Part shown: in pieces, positions 1 through 14,568 of the stretch
Position numbering within the stretch: the stretch's first letter is position 1
Layout of the letters: every line of letters starts with the position of its first letter
Origin: Octopus vulgaris
Taxonomy: Eukaryota
Direction: 5' to 3'
NCBI GenBank assembly: GCA_951406725.2
Contig: OX597819.1
Location: 57,784,001-57,848,000, forward strand
DNA: 64,000 nucleotides
The notes under the pieces: generated by a model
Databases searched by the model: none
Told to the model about the DNA's origin: nothing
The model's input: only the letters and a program-made list of their open reading frames with translations
Program-made: the position numbers and the translations under genes

Positions 1-210
1 TAAGTTTGTCTTAAATCAATGGATGCAGACATCAAGGGCTATGTAAAAATCATTATGTGGTGAGAAAATGCCGCAGTTACTCCAATGTCGAATATTATTT
101 TCCTTTCTTCAGCTTATAGGAATGACAATTATCATTATGTTCCATAATTATTTGACCAATTCAGTTGTCAGAGTATTAACAAGTGTATTGCTTGGTGAAT
201 GTGTAATATT

Positions 211-814
211 CTTTTCTACTCTAGGTACAAAGCCAGAGATTTTCAGGAAAGGGCAGTCGATTAGATCGGCCCCACTCCCCAGTACGCAACTGGTACTTAA
301 TTTATAGACCCTGAAAGGATAAAAGGCGAAATCGACCTCCGCGGAATTTGAACTTAAAACGTGAAGACAGACGAAATACCGCGAAGAATTTCGCCCTGCG
401 TGCTAACGCTTCTTTTTTACTCTAGGCACAAGGCCGAAAAATTGGGGTGGGGGTGGACGCTCAGTCTATTAGATTGCCTCCAGTATGCAACTAGTACTTA
501 ATTTATCGACCCCGAAAGGATGAAAGGCAAAGTCGACCTCGGCGGAATTTGAACTCGGAAGGTAAAGACAGACGAAATATCTATTTCTTTACTACCCACA
601 AGGGGCTAAACACAGAGAAGACAAACAAGGACAGACAAACGGATTAAGTCGATTACATCGACACCAGTGCGTAACTGGTACTTAATTTGTCGACCCCGAA
701 AGGATGAAAGGCAAAGTCGACCTCGGCGGAATTTGAACTCAGAACGTAATGGTAAACGAAATAAGGCTACGCATTTCGCCCGGTGTGCTAATGATTCTGC
801 CAGCTCGCCGCCTT
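211..814 (-). mobile_element. SINE family A (tRNA-like head, Meta-domain-like core): one partial plus one internally dimeric copy
   Basis: Reverse complement aaggcggcgagctggcagaa..gagttcaaattcc (B box)..gactttgcctttcatcctttcggggtcga..agtaccag. Confidence 0.85.
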
Positions 815-2754
815 GGAGAATATACAATATTGTAATCGTGTGTGCATGGAAATCACCGAGTTAAATACTTTGAGAATCCATGGAAATTAAGAAAATAATA
901 TGAGTCATTCAGCAAATGGTGTCTTTTCTACATATAATAACACAACTCCTTTCAGGTATTATGGAGCTACTCAGCATACGATTGGTACTTCGGAAGTATG
1001 CTTTTGAAACCATTTGTAATGTCCCGAAATTTTGGATACATACAAAGTTTATAATTTACCTTATGTCAAATTTGTTGCTGACGAAACGAATAGCTTTCTT
1101 CAGAAAAATATTTATTACCTGGAAATGAAATTAAATAAAACAAATTTTTCATTCGTATATTTCCAATAAATATGTTATCATTTTCCTTAAATTTTTCAAC
1201 GTAAGCGCAATCTACTCCTTGAAAATGTTGTCTCTGCAAATTTTTATAAAACAGAAATTGGTATTTTTCAAAGTTTTGAGACGTTTATCCTGGACGCCTT
1301 ATGTAAACTCTCTCATTCTTTCCTTTTACCTCCTCCTCTCCTCCTCAGTTCAATGTTAAGAGTAATTGGAGAGTCAATTCATCTTTTATCTTTTACTAGT
1401 CTCTATCATTAGATTGCAGCCATGCTACAGCATCGCCTTCAAAATTTTTAAATGAAAGTATCGTTCCCAGTACTTACTTTTTTATACCTGGTACTTATAA
1501 TATCGGTGTCTTTTGAAGAGGAGGTAAACACACGAATACCGGTTGTCAAGTGGTGTGGGGGAGACAGACAGAAAGGAACAAACACACACACACACACACA
1601 AACACACACATACATACACATACAAGCATACACACACACACATGAACCCATGCAAATTCTTTGGCTGCTGAGGAACCGAAAATCTGAAAGGAACATTCCA
1701 AAATGTGAGCACAGGTATCATTCATTGATATCTCAACCCTAGATGCACTAATTTGTCAGGATTTTTGTTACATATCTCCCTAGCTATGTCATCATATAAT
1801 TTTACGATTAATTAAACATTTAAGAATATTACATTATTATTTTCAGCCCTATTGTTAACATTGAACAATGTTAAGTTATATTGAATAATATTAAATAATA
1901 ATCAATAATGCATTGGACGTTATTTTATTTCATAATGAAAATCAAAGCCCATTTGCATTTATAATTAACCAGTTATTTATGGTTCATTTTAATCGACTGT
2001 TATTATCGAAATGTGTTTATAAGAACAATTATAGACAAAACGTTTCAAATCTATGTAAATTTAGATTTCGTGCCATGAGATAAAAATAAAACATCTTTTT
2101 TATGCAAATGAGAAGGTCTGGTCTTTTAATAATTGCTTTTTCTTTGCCCGAAATAAATAGAAAATTAATGAAAATTCGTTCTACGTTCTCGGTTTTCAGT
2201 CCCACTGCGTCGTACGTTAAACTGCACGACATTTAACAGACTGTATCTATGCGAATATACTTATGAATATATGGTTGTGTTGAAAGTAATTTTGAATTTA
2301 TTTTGGCCAAATACAAACAATTCTCAAGATGAAGATATTTTCATATATTTGCATTAAAAAAGCTATTTCGTTTTACCTCATAATATGAGATGGAAATTAG
2401 TACATATTTAACAAATATGGATGCATTGGCACGTGATGGCAAAATCAGTATGACGAATAAAAAACTGACGTGGTATTAAATTTTATCTAGGTAACTTTAT
2501 TTGTGTGTGATCTGCTTTGACTCTCACTCAATTCCAAATTAATTAAATAAGAATCGTACAAAGTATTACAAGGTATTAGGGCGACATGAAGTATTAAAAC
2601 CTTTCAAGGCGATGACCAGGCATGACTGAATCCCAATGGCGAAAATCAGTGAAAATGTAGAAATGAGAGGCAGCTGATGAGATGCTGACATGCTACATGA
2701 ACTTTCATTCAATTTCAGAAAAATATATGCGTTCGTAGTCGATATACTCTCTCC

Positions 2755-3441
<687 letters not shown>

Positions 3442-3856
3442 ATGTCGACAAATTTAGCACAGTCGTAAAAATCACTTATAGTAATAGTTACAGAATTACG
3501 CTTGATAATAAATATAAATATATTCATCAGAAAGTAAAAGAAAAATGGAATAACAATTCTATGAGCTGCATTAGTAATTCTTTAGTGCGTTTTAACACTT
3601 AAACCATAAAATCGGTTTCGGATGAGGGTGCTTTCTGCATACAAGTTTCCTAATCATTCCTGTGCACAATGTGTCAAGACCCTCTCATCATTCATGTGTA
3701 CAATGTGTCTGTTGTTGGCTTGTAATGCTTCGATTTCAACTTCTCGAAATCAATAGCAGACGATAAATACAGACCTTTGCCATAACCTAAACGAATAAAA
3801 AACATTAAAGAAATTTACTTCACATACACCACACACATATACACACCTGATTGTAT

Positions 3857-3857
<1 letters not shown>

Positions 3858-3888
<31 letters not shown>

Positions 3889-4100
3889 TTAACATGCGAT
3901 TTCAAAGCCGGCATGGGTTCGACGGTTCGACAGAAGCTGGCAATCTAGACGGCTGTAAGGACTCCAGTCGTATGTTTGGGAGTGGTTTCTGCAGCTAAAT
4001 GCTCTTCTTAATGCTAGCTACTTTACAGAGTATACTGGGAGCTTTTTACGTGACACCAACATGATTGTGGAACGCCAAGTAGCTTTCAAGACAAGAAGGA
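3858..4100 (-). mobile_element. retroposon 3' end with (GAT)n tail
   Basis: (cat)n followed by ttaacatgcgatttcaaagccggcatgggttcgacgg, a tail architecture typical of RTE-dependent elements. Confidence 0.45.
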
Positions 4101-4504
4101 GAGGAGCCGAGAGAAGTGGCCGTCTGCCAGACGAGATTTGGAGTACGATACAGAGACAGTGATAGCAATGTTAGAACCAAGGAGATACTTGCGTAACATG
4201 ATAGGACAAGGTAAGTGATGGGGTGGGAGTGGGAACAGATAGAGACCGTCAGAGAGAGAGAGAGAGAGAAGACCTACACGCAGGGAATAGTGAGGGATTG
4301 TAAGTAGTATAGAGGGGTTAGAGGAGATACTCCATAAGTGTGTGAGGGAGGATATTTAGACACAGCAAGTAATGGTGAAAGGAACTGAGGGAGCCTGCAG
4401 CGGTTAATGAGGTTTGGGGGAGATGGGTTGTGAGTGGAGGTAAATGAGAGGAAGAGTGGTTATAGTCGTAAAGGACATTCCTGAATGTATGGATGTCCAT
4501 GATT

Positions 4505-4800
4505 TAGCATGACATGGCTTCTCAAGCAAATCACCAGAAGTCTCGGTCCCTTGTCATCTCTTCTGAGATGATCAACATCTGTAAATCATTTCTCAGCACT
4601 TTGTCTCAGGTCTTGTTAGGTCTACCTCTTCCACAATGTACTTCTTTATGCAGCTGTTTTCAACCGTATGCATTGCACGACCATACCAGCACATTCTTCT
4701 CTCTTGTACCTACATCTGTCGTCTATTATACCCAGTTTTGTAATCATTAGTGCGCCTCACCTCACGTGTGCTTGCATGAGCGTGTGTACTCCTGCCATGC
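4505..4800 (-). mobile_element. RTE-clade LINE 3' remnant
   Basis: The minus strand gives RRMCWYG..ENSCIKK, GRGRP and EEMTRDRDFW segments, typical of RTE ORF C-termini. Confidence 0.65.
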
Positions 4801-5013
4801 AGCTTGCCCAAGGGCAATTTATACATACATATCTGTTAACGGTTATTTTCAATCGCTGGATTAAGTGTTCGTTTCTCTTTTTGTCGTCTGCAATTTTATT
4901 TTTGGATCTTCTATATATATGAAGAATTTTCCTCCATCACGCTGTCCTTCTCTCTGCAAAACGGTAAGTTGAATTATAGAACAGTCATTTTAACGAGTTT
5001 TTTTTATTTATTT

Positions 5014-5117
5014 ATCACTCGATGAGATACGTCTGCACCACCCGGTACTCCTGAACCAGTTCTTGTGTGTCCCTTTAGATAAGTCGATGCTAGATGTGTT
5101 GAAACAATTGTTGTGAT
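5014..5117 (+). ncRNA. degenerate hammerhead motif with extended stem II
   Basis: atcac-TCGATGA-gatacgtct..agatgtgtt-GAAA-caattg-TT-gtgat. Confidence 0.5.
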
Positions 5118-5909
5118 TAATAATATATTCTTGTATATTCCATCTTCTGTCTTTCATTTGTTACATATATACATATATATGTGTATGTGTGTGTGTGTGT
5201 GTGGGTATGTGTGTATGTGTGTGTGTGTATGTGTGTGTGTGTGGTTGTGTGTTTGTGTTTGTCCATTATCGCTTGACAATCGCCCCATTATCGCTTGACA
5301 ATCTGTGTTGGTGTGTTTACGTCCCCGTAACTTACTGGTTCGGCAAAAGAGACCACTAGAATAAGTATTCTTACAAAGAATGAATTCTGAGGTCGATTTG
5401 TTCGACTTAAGAGTGAAAAATATTTGGATGGATGGATGGCTGACTGGCTGGCTGGCTGGCTGGTTGAATGGATGGATGGGTGGATGGATTCATTCATTCA
5501 TTCAATTATTCAATCATTCATTCATTCATTCATTCAAGAGAATCACTTAAGAAAACAATGATCTGTTAGAGGCTTTAGTAATTGTCGCTTTTCCATGATT
5601 TCGTGCGACAGGAATGACCCTTGAACTATGAGGTCGGGAGCGAAATTTTGATAACAGCCATGTCTGTAGCTGCACAGCCGTTTCTGTGATTTATAATTGA
5701 TTCCAAGCCCAATGGAGCATTCTACTGTATACTGCATGAAAGCTGTGAAATTTTGTAGAAATTCGTACATTAGAGTAATGTTACATATGGAGCTCTAAAA
5801 TTGCTGCTTGTTCCACGTGCATGAGCACCACATTGACTAGTAAGGTGGTATACATATATACATACATATATACATATATACATACATATATACATACATA
5901 CATACATAC

Positions 5910-5944
<35 letters not shown>

Positions 5945-6481
5945 CATACACAAATATATATACGCCCGTGTATAGACATGTCTGTGTATGTGTATATGTA
6001 CATATCTTCACTGGAAATATGTATCTGTTTCTTTGTATGTGTATGTATGTGTAGGTTTGCGTAAGTATAGTCTCGTGTGCGAAATTAGATTTATTTAATT
6101 TAAGTCTCAAATAAAATAATGCATTCAAATGTAATTGCCTAAGTTTATCTATCTGGAGAATAGACGCAAAATCTTCTGATAAAGCCATTTGTAATAGCTT
6201 TCTCTGCAAGAAGATAAGATACTGCCTTGCCAAGAAGATATTCCTCATACACTCTCTTGATGCTACAACATTTGCAGTTAACATATGAACTCTGGTGACT
6301 TTTCTAATTTAATTTCTTTGATTCAAATACATTTGAAATTGTATATAGAAATCTAAGCACAATCCGGTATGTCGGCACACATGCATAACACAGATACATA
6401 TATGTGTGTGTAAATCCTTGAGTGTCTGTGTACTAGTAAATACATGGGCATTTGTGCGTGAGTGCGAACGTGTGTGTTCAC

Positions 6482-6548
<67 letters not shown>

Positions 6549-6558
6549 TGTGTCTGTG

Positions 6559-6589
<31 letters not shown>

Positions 6590-7093
6590 ATGTGTGTGTG
6601 TGTGAGTGAGTGAGTGTGTATGTATTTATATTATCCTTTCTACTAAAGGCCCGAAATTTTGGGGCTGAAGGGACAAGTCCATTACATCAACACCAGTACT
6701 CAACTGGTACTTAATATATCGGAGGAATTTGAACTCAGAACGTTGCAGCAGAACGATGATTGTGCCAGCTGCCACCTTGTGTGTGTGTGTGTATATTATG
6801 ATTCTGCATAACGTTACCAATAGCCAGTTTACAGTAAACAAAAACGCACATCACTCTACCAGTAGGTTCCGAAGTATCTCTAAGTGATTGCACTGGTACT
6901 AATCTCTGGACGTGCAGTTTTTTTTTTCATACCCAAACAAATTACGAATTACTGAAGGTGATTGCGTAGCTCCTTCTCTTGCTCATTAGTTATTCATTCA
7001 TTAATCAACATATACATATACTTAGATGTATCTATACCTGAATATCGACATCTATCTACCTATCCTTCTATTTATCAACATATATATACATAG

Positions 7094-7146
<53 letters not shown>

Positions 7147-7149
<3 letters not shown>

Positions 7150-7561
7150 TCTTTTACTCTTTTACTTGTTTCAGTCATTTGACTGCGGCCATGCTGGAGC
7201 ACCGCCTTTAGTCGAGAAAATCGACCCCAGGACATATTCTTTGTAAGCCTAGTACTTTTTCTATAGGGTCCTTTTGCCGAATCGCTAAGTTACGGGGACG
7301 TAAACACACCAGTATCGATTGTCAAGCGATGCTGGGAGGAAAAAACACAGACACACAAGCACATACACACACACATATACATATACATTACACATATACG
7401 ACGGGCTTCTTTCAGTTTCCGTCTATCAAATCCACTCACAAAGCTTTGGTCGGCCCGATGCAATAGTAGAAGTCACTTGCCCAAGGTGCCATGCAGTCCG
7501 GCGGAACCCGAAACAATGTGGTTTGTATGCAATCTACTTACCACACAGCCACTCCCACGCC

Positions 7562-7562
<1 letters not shown>
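7147..7562 (-). mobile_element. SINE family B
   Basis: Colinear with 2755-3441. Confidence 0.85.
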
Positions 7563-7602
<40 letters not shown>

Positions 7603-8449
7603 TGAGAACTTCAATTTTGTATCTCTAGCAATTATATTTCCGTATTTTAGTAATATTTCCAACGAAGTACATCTTATTTTGCATATACAATGGCAATATG
7701 CCAGTGAGTAAATCGTTTGGTGTTATATTGCTTCACATATAAATATAATGGCTCAGGGATGACTTCTGTTCTTCTAAATATCGCTGTCGTTGTCATTTCT
7801 TCTACATTCCACTGTTTCGTTGCTTTTCCTAAATTGTCTATGCGAACCAATGCAATCGAATCATAACTCCCATGCAGCTTATCACAGTATAATATCATCC
7901 CTTGTTATATTCAACAAGAGAATACATATTTGTCGGCGCATCTTCTCTTACATCACATAAATTTAATCGAAATACTTTCAAGAATTTCGATATTTTAATA
8001 CTAACAGACTTTGTTCTGTGCACCCGTGAATCTATACAGGTAAATACTATTCAGAAATAAATCTAAGTCAACTACAGATAAAAATGCAACGTTTTAAATA
8101 TACAAGATTGTCTATTACGGAAATGTACTTGCATAGCAAGTGACCTGATCTGAGATCGTGTGCTGAAGCAAAAACAATTGCAGCGAGGAAAGTGTTTATA
8201 AGCCATTTAGACACACAATAACTTTGTCTATGTTATACCTTTAAAACATTTCAAAATACACAAGAACATTGTGTATGTTATACCTTAAAACGAAACAAGT
8301 GCTATAGGTGCAAAAGGATGGTTGAAAAAGAAAAACTTGTTTAAAGTTATGCAATCCTGTAGATCACAAAACCTTCAATCATGCAAATACAAAGGCGAAC
8401 ACCAAAGAGAAAAAGTAGAAGGTTCTTTGCACTTTCTAAACATCAGACA

Positions 8450-8915
8450 ATGATTTTCTATAAGTGAATTCCAATAGACGGTATGAGAAAGAAGCTGGGC
8501 AAATGTTCCTAGTGTGAAACATTTTCTACATGTGTAGGATTTAATTTCAGGGATTCCCTGCATGAAACACCATTTCAGTTTCTACTGCGGTTCTGGGCCA
8601 ATGAAACAATAATTCCTTCCAGGTCCAACTCCTGAGCTTCAAAAGCCTTTCTTGGATGTAAAATACAAATTTAATATCTGGCCCATCAACATTGACATCC
8701 TGAGATATCACATGCGCAAAATTGATATTGATCAAATGTGTTATGTATACAGTAGACGATTGTGTCTAGAGCACCACGGTCAGAAACAACGATTTGCTTG
8801 AGTATATATTGATGACACAGCATGCCAGTTGGATCAGTAATACGGAACAGAGATCCTTACAAGATATGCTGCTAAAGAATAAGAAAATTCAGCACCATTA
8901 CAAAATTTCAAGCAT
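8450..8915 (+). mobile_element. decayed Helitron RepHel N-terminal fragment
   Basis: Broken frames give FYCGSG..FLPGPTPELQKPF, HGQKQRFA*VYIDDT and SLQDMLLKN..HYK, resembling Helitron CC..G..LP..P, P.FAQLYIYDT and LQ.ML...N motifs. Confidence 0.55.
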
Positions 8916-9530
8916 GACTTCCTGGAAAATTCCGAAGAGAAGAAGAGGGGCAACTTCCTGTCCGATGAGGGGCCTTAGGGACTTCATGAAAAACTCCGAG
9001 GAAGGAGACGCTCTGGAAAATTCCGAGGAGGGGGAATAAGGAATGGGAGGAGGGACTTCCTGGAAAAGCCCAATGAGTGGGAGAAGAGACCAACTTCCTG
9101 GAAAATGCTCCTCCATTATTCCTCTTCCTTCCTACCCTTCTTGGACTTTTCAAGAAATTTACCCCTTTTCAACAACCCTCGGACTTTCCAGGACGTCTCC
9201 GTCCTCGGACTTTACCACGAAGTCCCCCAGAAGCCCACCTCTTTGGTCAGCAAGTTAGCCCTCATCCCCTCCTCGGAGTTTTTCAGGAAGTCCAGATTCG
9301 ACTTTCCAGGAAGTCCTCAGCCTCTCCCCCTCGGACTTTTCTGGGAATTTCACCCTCTTCCCCCGCTTTCTCCCTTTCTTATTTCCCCATTACACTTTTC
9401 CAGGAAGACTCACCCTCGGACTTTTCCAGGAAGTTACCCCTATCCCCCTGACATTTCCACGAACTTCCTTCTTGGACTTTCCTATGAAGTCCTTCTACAC
9501 CTTCGTTCCTCCCCTTCCTTATACTCCCTC
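8915..9530. repeat. degenerate minisatellite (core cctcggacttttccaggaagt) in two oppositely oriented blocks
   Basis: 8915-9105 has acttcctggaaaa(t/c)tccgagg copies. 9135-9490 has the reverse-complement cctcggactt(t)tccaggaagt copies. Confidence 0.75.
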
Positions 9531-9599
9531 GGTCCTTATACCCCTTCCTTATACCCCCTGGGCGCAGCATGCTTGTTTCGTAAGAAGCAACAGGCGCAG

Positions 9600-9737
9600 C
9601 GTCCCTGTGTGGTAAGAAGCCACGGGCGTAGCATGCTTGTGCTTTCCTACATGTTTCCCTTCGGCAAGTGTCTTCTACTATAGCCTCGGTCCGACCAAAG
9701 CCTTGTGAGTGGATTTGGTTTACAGAAACTGAAAGAA

Positions 9738-9799
<62 letters not shown>

Positions 9800-10020
9800 C
9801 TGTGTTTATCCTCCCCACAAAAAACACACTGAACGTCGCTTGACAACTGATGATTGTGTATTTACGTCTCCGAACCTTAGCGGTTCGTCAAAAGACACCG
9901 GTAGAATAAGTACTAGACTTACAAAAAGAATAAGTCCTGCGGTCGATTTGTTCGACTAAAGTCGGTGCCCCAGCATGGCTGCAGTCAAATAAATGAAACA
10001 TGTAAAAGAATAAAAGAATA
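9600..10020 (+). mobile_element. SINE family B
   Basis: ggcaagtgtcttctactatagcctcgg..(TG)n..gcatggctgcagtcaaat..gtaaaagaataaaaga. Confidence 0.8.
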
Positions 10021-10174
10021 AATCCTCATCCGACGCAGTTTCCATTGTTTTCTTTTGTTTATCTGTTTTTTTCTTCCATCCGGTGAAAAAAACTGGAAAG
10101 GCGATTCAGCGTATCACTTTGAAGATAAAAGTCACAAAATACCAAACCTGGATTACAACATATTCAGGCCCACG

Positions 10175-10646
<472 letters not shown>

Positions 10647-10979
10647 GTCGTGCTTTTTCTTTACGTCGTTTATTTAAAGGATTCTACTGCCATATAGGCG
10701 CAGGAGTTGCTGTGTTGTAAGTAGCTTGCTTACCAACCAAGTTGTTCCGGGTTCATCTTCGGCAAGTGTCTTCTACTATAGCCTCGGGCCGACCAAAGCT
10801 TTGTGAGTGGATTTGGTAGACTGAAACTGAAAGAAGCCCGTCGCATATATATATATATATATGCGACGAGCTTCATATATATATGTATATATATATATAT
10901 ATATCATATAATATAATATAATTAATATATAAATATATGCATATATGCATAAATATATGTACATACCTACATATATATG

Positions 10980-11185
10980 ACCGCGTGTGTACCGTTGGCG
11001 ATTTTTTCCGCCGTCCTCCCTTCTCTGGATCTTTCCTTTTCCTATGTTTCTGACGAAGAGCTCCGCTAGAAACGTAAAACCCTCCTTCTTCTCTTCCTTC
11101 CTGAGCGTCCAATAATACTATATTTGTTCCACGTTCTCGCGTTTTTGTGTTTTCTTTTTGTGTTTTCATGTTTGGATTAACTTTA
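10980..11185 (+). mobile_element. Penelope-like terminal repeat with minimal hammerhead (family also at ~59705-59915 +, ~39058-39260 -, ~16655-16830 -)
   Basis: gttt-CTGACGA-agagctccgcta-GAAA-cg-TA-aaac. Shared downstream gagcgtccaataa..ttgttccacgt..gtttgga end abutting (TA)n. Confidence 0.7.
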
Positions 11186-11189
11186 TATG

Positions 11190-11500
11190 TATATATACAT
11201 ACATGTATGCATATATTGGTACAGGACATTAAATAAACGTAGACACAATGAGAAACATAAAAACAAAAACATAGGAAACGAACTTCTTTTCGAACAACGA
11301 AAAAACAGAGAGAGAACCGAAGCATGCAACATAAAGAATATTCCCCTTCATCAGTTGTCCCTGTTTCATCTACTCCGCGGTCGAAGGCAATGGCAATACG
11401 TGACTTCGTTGAAACAGTCCTTCCCGCAAAGCAAATCAAATAAAATTTGAGATTTTTGCGGAGGGTGAAAGTGTTAACAAAAACAGGACAGTGAGAACAA
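11190..11500 (-). repeat. interspersed repeat, second partial copy at 11920-12090
   Basis: gtacagg..acgtagacacaat..gaaaac..cgaacaacgaaaaaacag..gaaccga..aacataaagaa..ttcccc is shared between the two loci. Confidence 0.7.
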
Positions 11501-12380
11501 GACAGTAAAAGCAAACGGTAAGGGCTGTTAAGCCAAGACGATGTGGAAAATTATGAGCGCTAGAAAGACGAGCTTATGAGAGGAGACAGGTAAAAGCACG
11601 TCTTGTCTTTACGAAGGAAGTGGAAGAAAGAAAGATAGATCGCCTTTCGTCACGTATCAGCGACGAGAGAGTCAAGGAGAAAGAGTGAGAGAGAGAGGGA
11701 ACGGTGAAGGGAGGAGGAGAAGAATAGGGAAACTGTGGGAGAGAAAAGCAGAAATGAAGAACAAGAGAGGGAGATATATAGACAGAGAAGAGATTGAAGA
11801 GATAGAAGAAGAGTGCGCATCGTAATTATTAAGATAAAACTTACTTGGAAGGGGATGCATGTCGTTTGATCATATAATAATATAAATACTATATAAATAT
11901 ATATGTATATATATATGTATACATGCATGCATATATGGGTACAGGGCATAAAAAAGACGTAGACACAATAAGAAACGAAAACATAGAAACAAAAACAGAA
12001 ACCGACCTTTTTTTCGAACAACGAAAAAAACAGGGAACCGAGACATGTAACATAAAGAACATTCCCTTCAGCAGTTGTTCCTGTTTCGTTTGTGTGTCTG
12101 TGTTTGTCCCCCTTCCGTCGCTTGGCAACCGATGTTGGCGTGTTTGCATCCCCGTAACTAGCGGTTCGCAAAAGAGACCGACAGAATAAGTACTAGGCTT
12201 ACAAAGAATAAGTCCTGGAGTCTATTTGTTTGACAAAAAGCGGTGCTCCTGCAAGTTAATGAATAAAAGAATATGTATTCCTAAATTAAAGAATCAAACT
12301 AAAACTTGTTCACTTGCCATCAAAACGACTCATTGTTGAAATTTATCAAAATATTGTTTACACACATTCTCATATGGCCA

Positions 12381-12600
12381 TTATTCCTTTCTACTCTAGG
12401 CACAAGGCCTGAAATTTTGGGGGAAGGAACCAGTCGATTAGGTCTACCCCCAGTACGCAAGTGCTACTTAATTTATCGACCCCGAGAGGATGAAAGGCAA
12501 AGTCGACCTCGGAGGAATTTGATCTAAGAACGTAAAGACAGACGAAATACCGCTAAACATTTCGCCCGGCGTGCTAACGATTCTGCCAGCTCGCAGCCTT
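12381..12600 (-). mobile_element. SINE family A
   Basis: Same head and core as 211-814. Confidence 0.85.
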
Positions 12601-12639
12601 TCTCATACAACCACTAATGATAAAAGTATAGACCTACTG

Positions 12640-12960
12640 TATGATTCATACCTGTGATATTTATATGGGGACCATGATGGATGCATAAAATATAAACAGA
12701 TTCGAAGTTAGGAAAACGGAATTGTTCATTACTTTCAGCAGCAGTCTTCAATGGAAAGTAACCAGGGACAAACATTATCTTCGCCAAACAAACAGCAATC
12801 TCAAAGGCCAGACTAATAGACTTTCCAGTATGAAACATAGCGGTCTTTTTTTTATAGATTGTAAAAGGATAAACTGGGACAACATGCAAGGTGCATTTGT
12901 AACGTAATGGTTGAAATACGTGGGTTACCTTATTATCATATGTTATTCATTTTGAAAAGG
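12640..12960 (+). mobile_element. decayed Helitron Rep (HUH) domain fragment
   Basis: LFITFSSSLQWK (cf. LFITFTCNP.W) and RGLPYYHMLFIL (cf. KRGLPH.H.L). Confidence 0.7.
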
Positions 12961-13209
12961 ATTTGAAGCGGATCCACGAAACGATGACATGATCTTTTGC
13001 ACATACATTAATGCTAAAAAAGAACAGAGCCCAGAATATTTGGGCAGGTTACTAAGATAATGTTATATGCTTTGTGTAACAGAGAAATTCAATGTACTAT
13101 ATATGCTTGATTGGAAATATAAAACTAAATTTCCCAAAAGAATTCTAAATACGTTTAGAAAATCGAATGTAAAATTGGATAATCAGTTAGTGTTATTATC
13201 ACGCCGTTT

Positions 13210-13848
13210 ATGACGACGAAGCTGGCAGAACCGTCAGCACGCCGGTCAAAATGTTTAGCAGCATTTCGTTCGTCTTTACGTTTCTGATTTCAAATGCTGC
13301 CGAGGTCGACTTTGCTTTTCATTCTTTCAAGGTCGATAAATTTAATACTAGTAAAGCACTGGATTCGATGTAATGGACTGGTCTCACTCCTGCAAAGCTT
13401 CGAATATTGTGCCTATAGTAGAAAGGATTATTAGAAAAGATTTGAAGGCGGCGAGCTGGCAGAAACGTTAGCACGCCGGGCGAAGTGCTTAGCGATATTT
13501 CGTCTGCCGTTACGTTCTGTGTTCCAATTCCGCCGAGGTTCACTTTACCTTTCATCCTTTCGGGGTCAATAAATTAAGTACCAGTTACGCACTGGAGTCG
13601 ATATAATCGACTTAATCCGTTTGTCTGTCCTTATTTGTTCCTTCTGTGTTTAGCCTCTTGTGGATAGTAAAGAAATAGGTATTTCGTCTACGGTTACGTT
13701 CTGAGTTCAAATTCCGCCGAGGTCGACATTTCCTTTCATCCGTTCGGGATCGATAAATTAAGTACCAGTTACGCACTGGAGTCGATGTAATCGACTTAAT
13801 CCCTTTGTCTGTCTTTATCTGTCTCCTCTATGTTTAGAAAGGATTATG
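13210..13848 (+). mobile_element. two tandem SINE family A copies (13210-13432, 13444-13848)
   Basis: gctggcagaa heads and repeated gactttgcctttcatcctttcgggg cores. Confidence 0.85.
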
Positions 13849-14535
13849 GTAACTCCGTTTTTTTTCAATGTCAGATATAGAGGGTGAGGATTTCATTGCA
13901 ACGTAGAGATACATGCACTGGCGAAATCTGTCAAATATATCAGTGCATAAATTTATTAAGTTCCATTTTGGTGTCATCATCAATAACACAGGACAACAAG
14001 CACAACCATAAATGGTAAAATCGAAATTTTCATTAATGGATAGTGCAGTTAGTATCAGAGGCAGTATGGAGTGATGTTTAGGTATAAATTACACGGTTCA
14101 TAGACGCCTGTCCAACAATTTACAGTTCATTTACCCGAACAGTAGTACGTTTGCTATAACGATAACGCTGACACTCTAATAGATTATCCACTGGAATCTC
14201 AAGCCTTCTCCAACCGAATGGTTGATAGTAAGCAACCATTAACACAATTGCATAGGTTGAAGGCATGTATTTTGTTTATTGCATACATGCAGTGTATATA
14301 TATATATATATATATATATGCAAGTATGTATGTATATTTATATATAATATATACATGTATATATTTATATAATATATATATGGTTATACTTATATATATG
14401 TATACATATATTATGTAAGCATATGACCATACACTACACTCAATATCAGTGAAACTGAATACATTGTACACGCTTTCAAGATACTGTGAGCAAAGTAGTA
14501 TATATATGTGTATATATATATAGAGAGAGAGACAC

Positions 14536-14568
<33 letters not shown>

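Noticed and set aside
6080-6300. Minus-strand open frame (also 7674-7898) as host exons
   Set aside because: No recognisable domain or supporting exon context. Cannot be supported without a search.
8915-9530. CRISPR-like repeat-spacer array
   Set aside because: The units are degenerate, spacers are irregular and low-complexity, orientation flips, the context is eukaryotic and there are no cas genes.
9077-9683. 124-192 aa ORFs
   Set aside because: They lie in the minisatellite and a SINE, with no domain motif.
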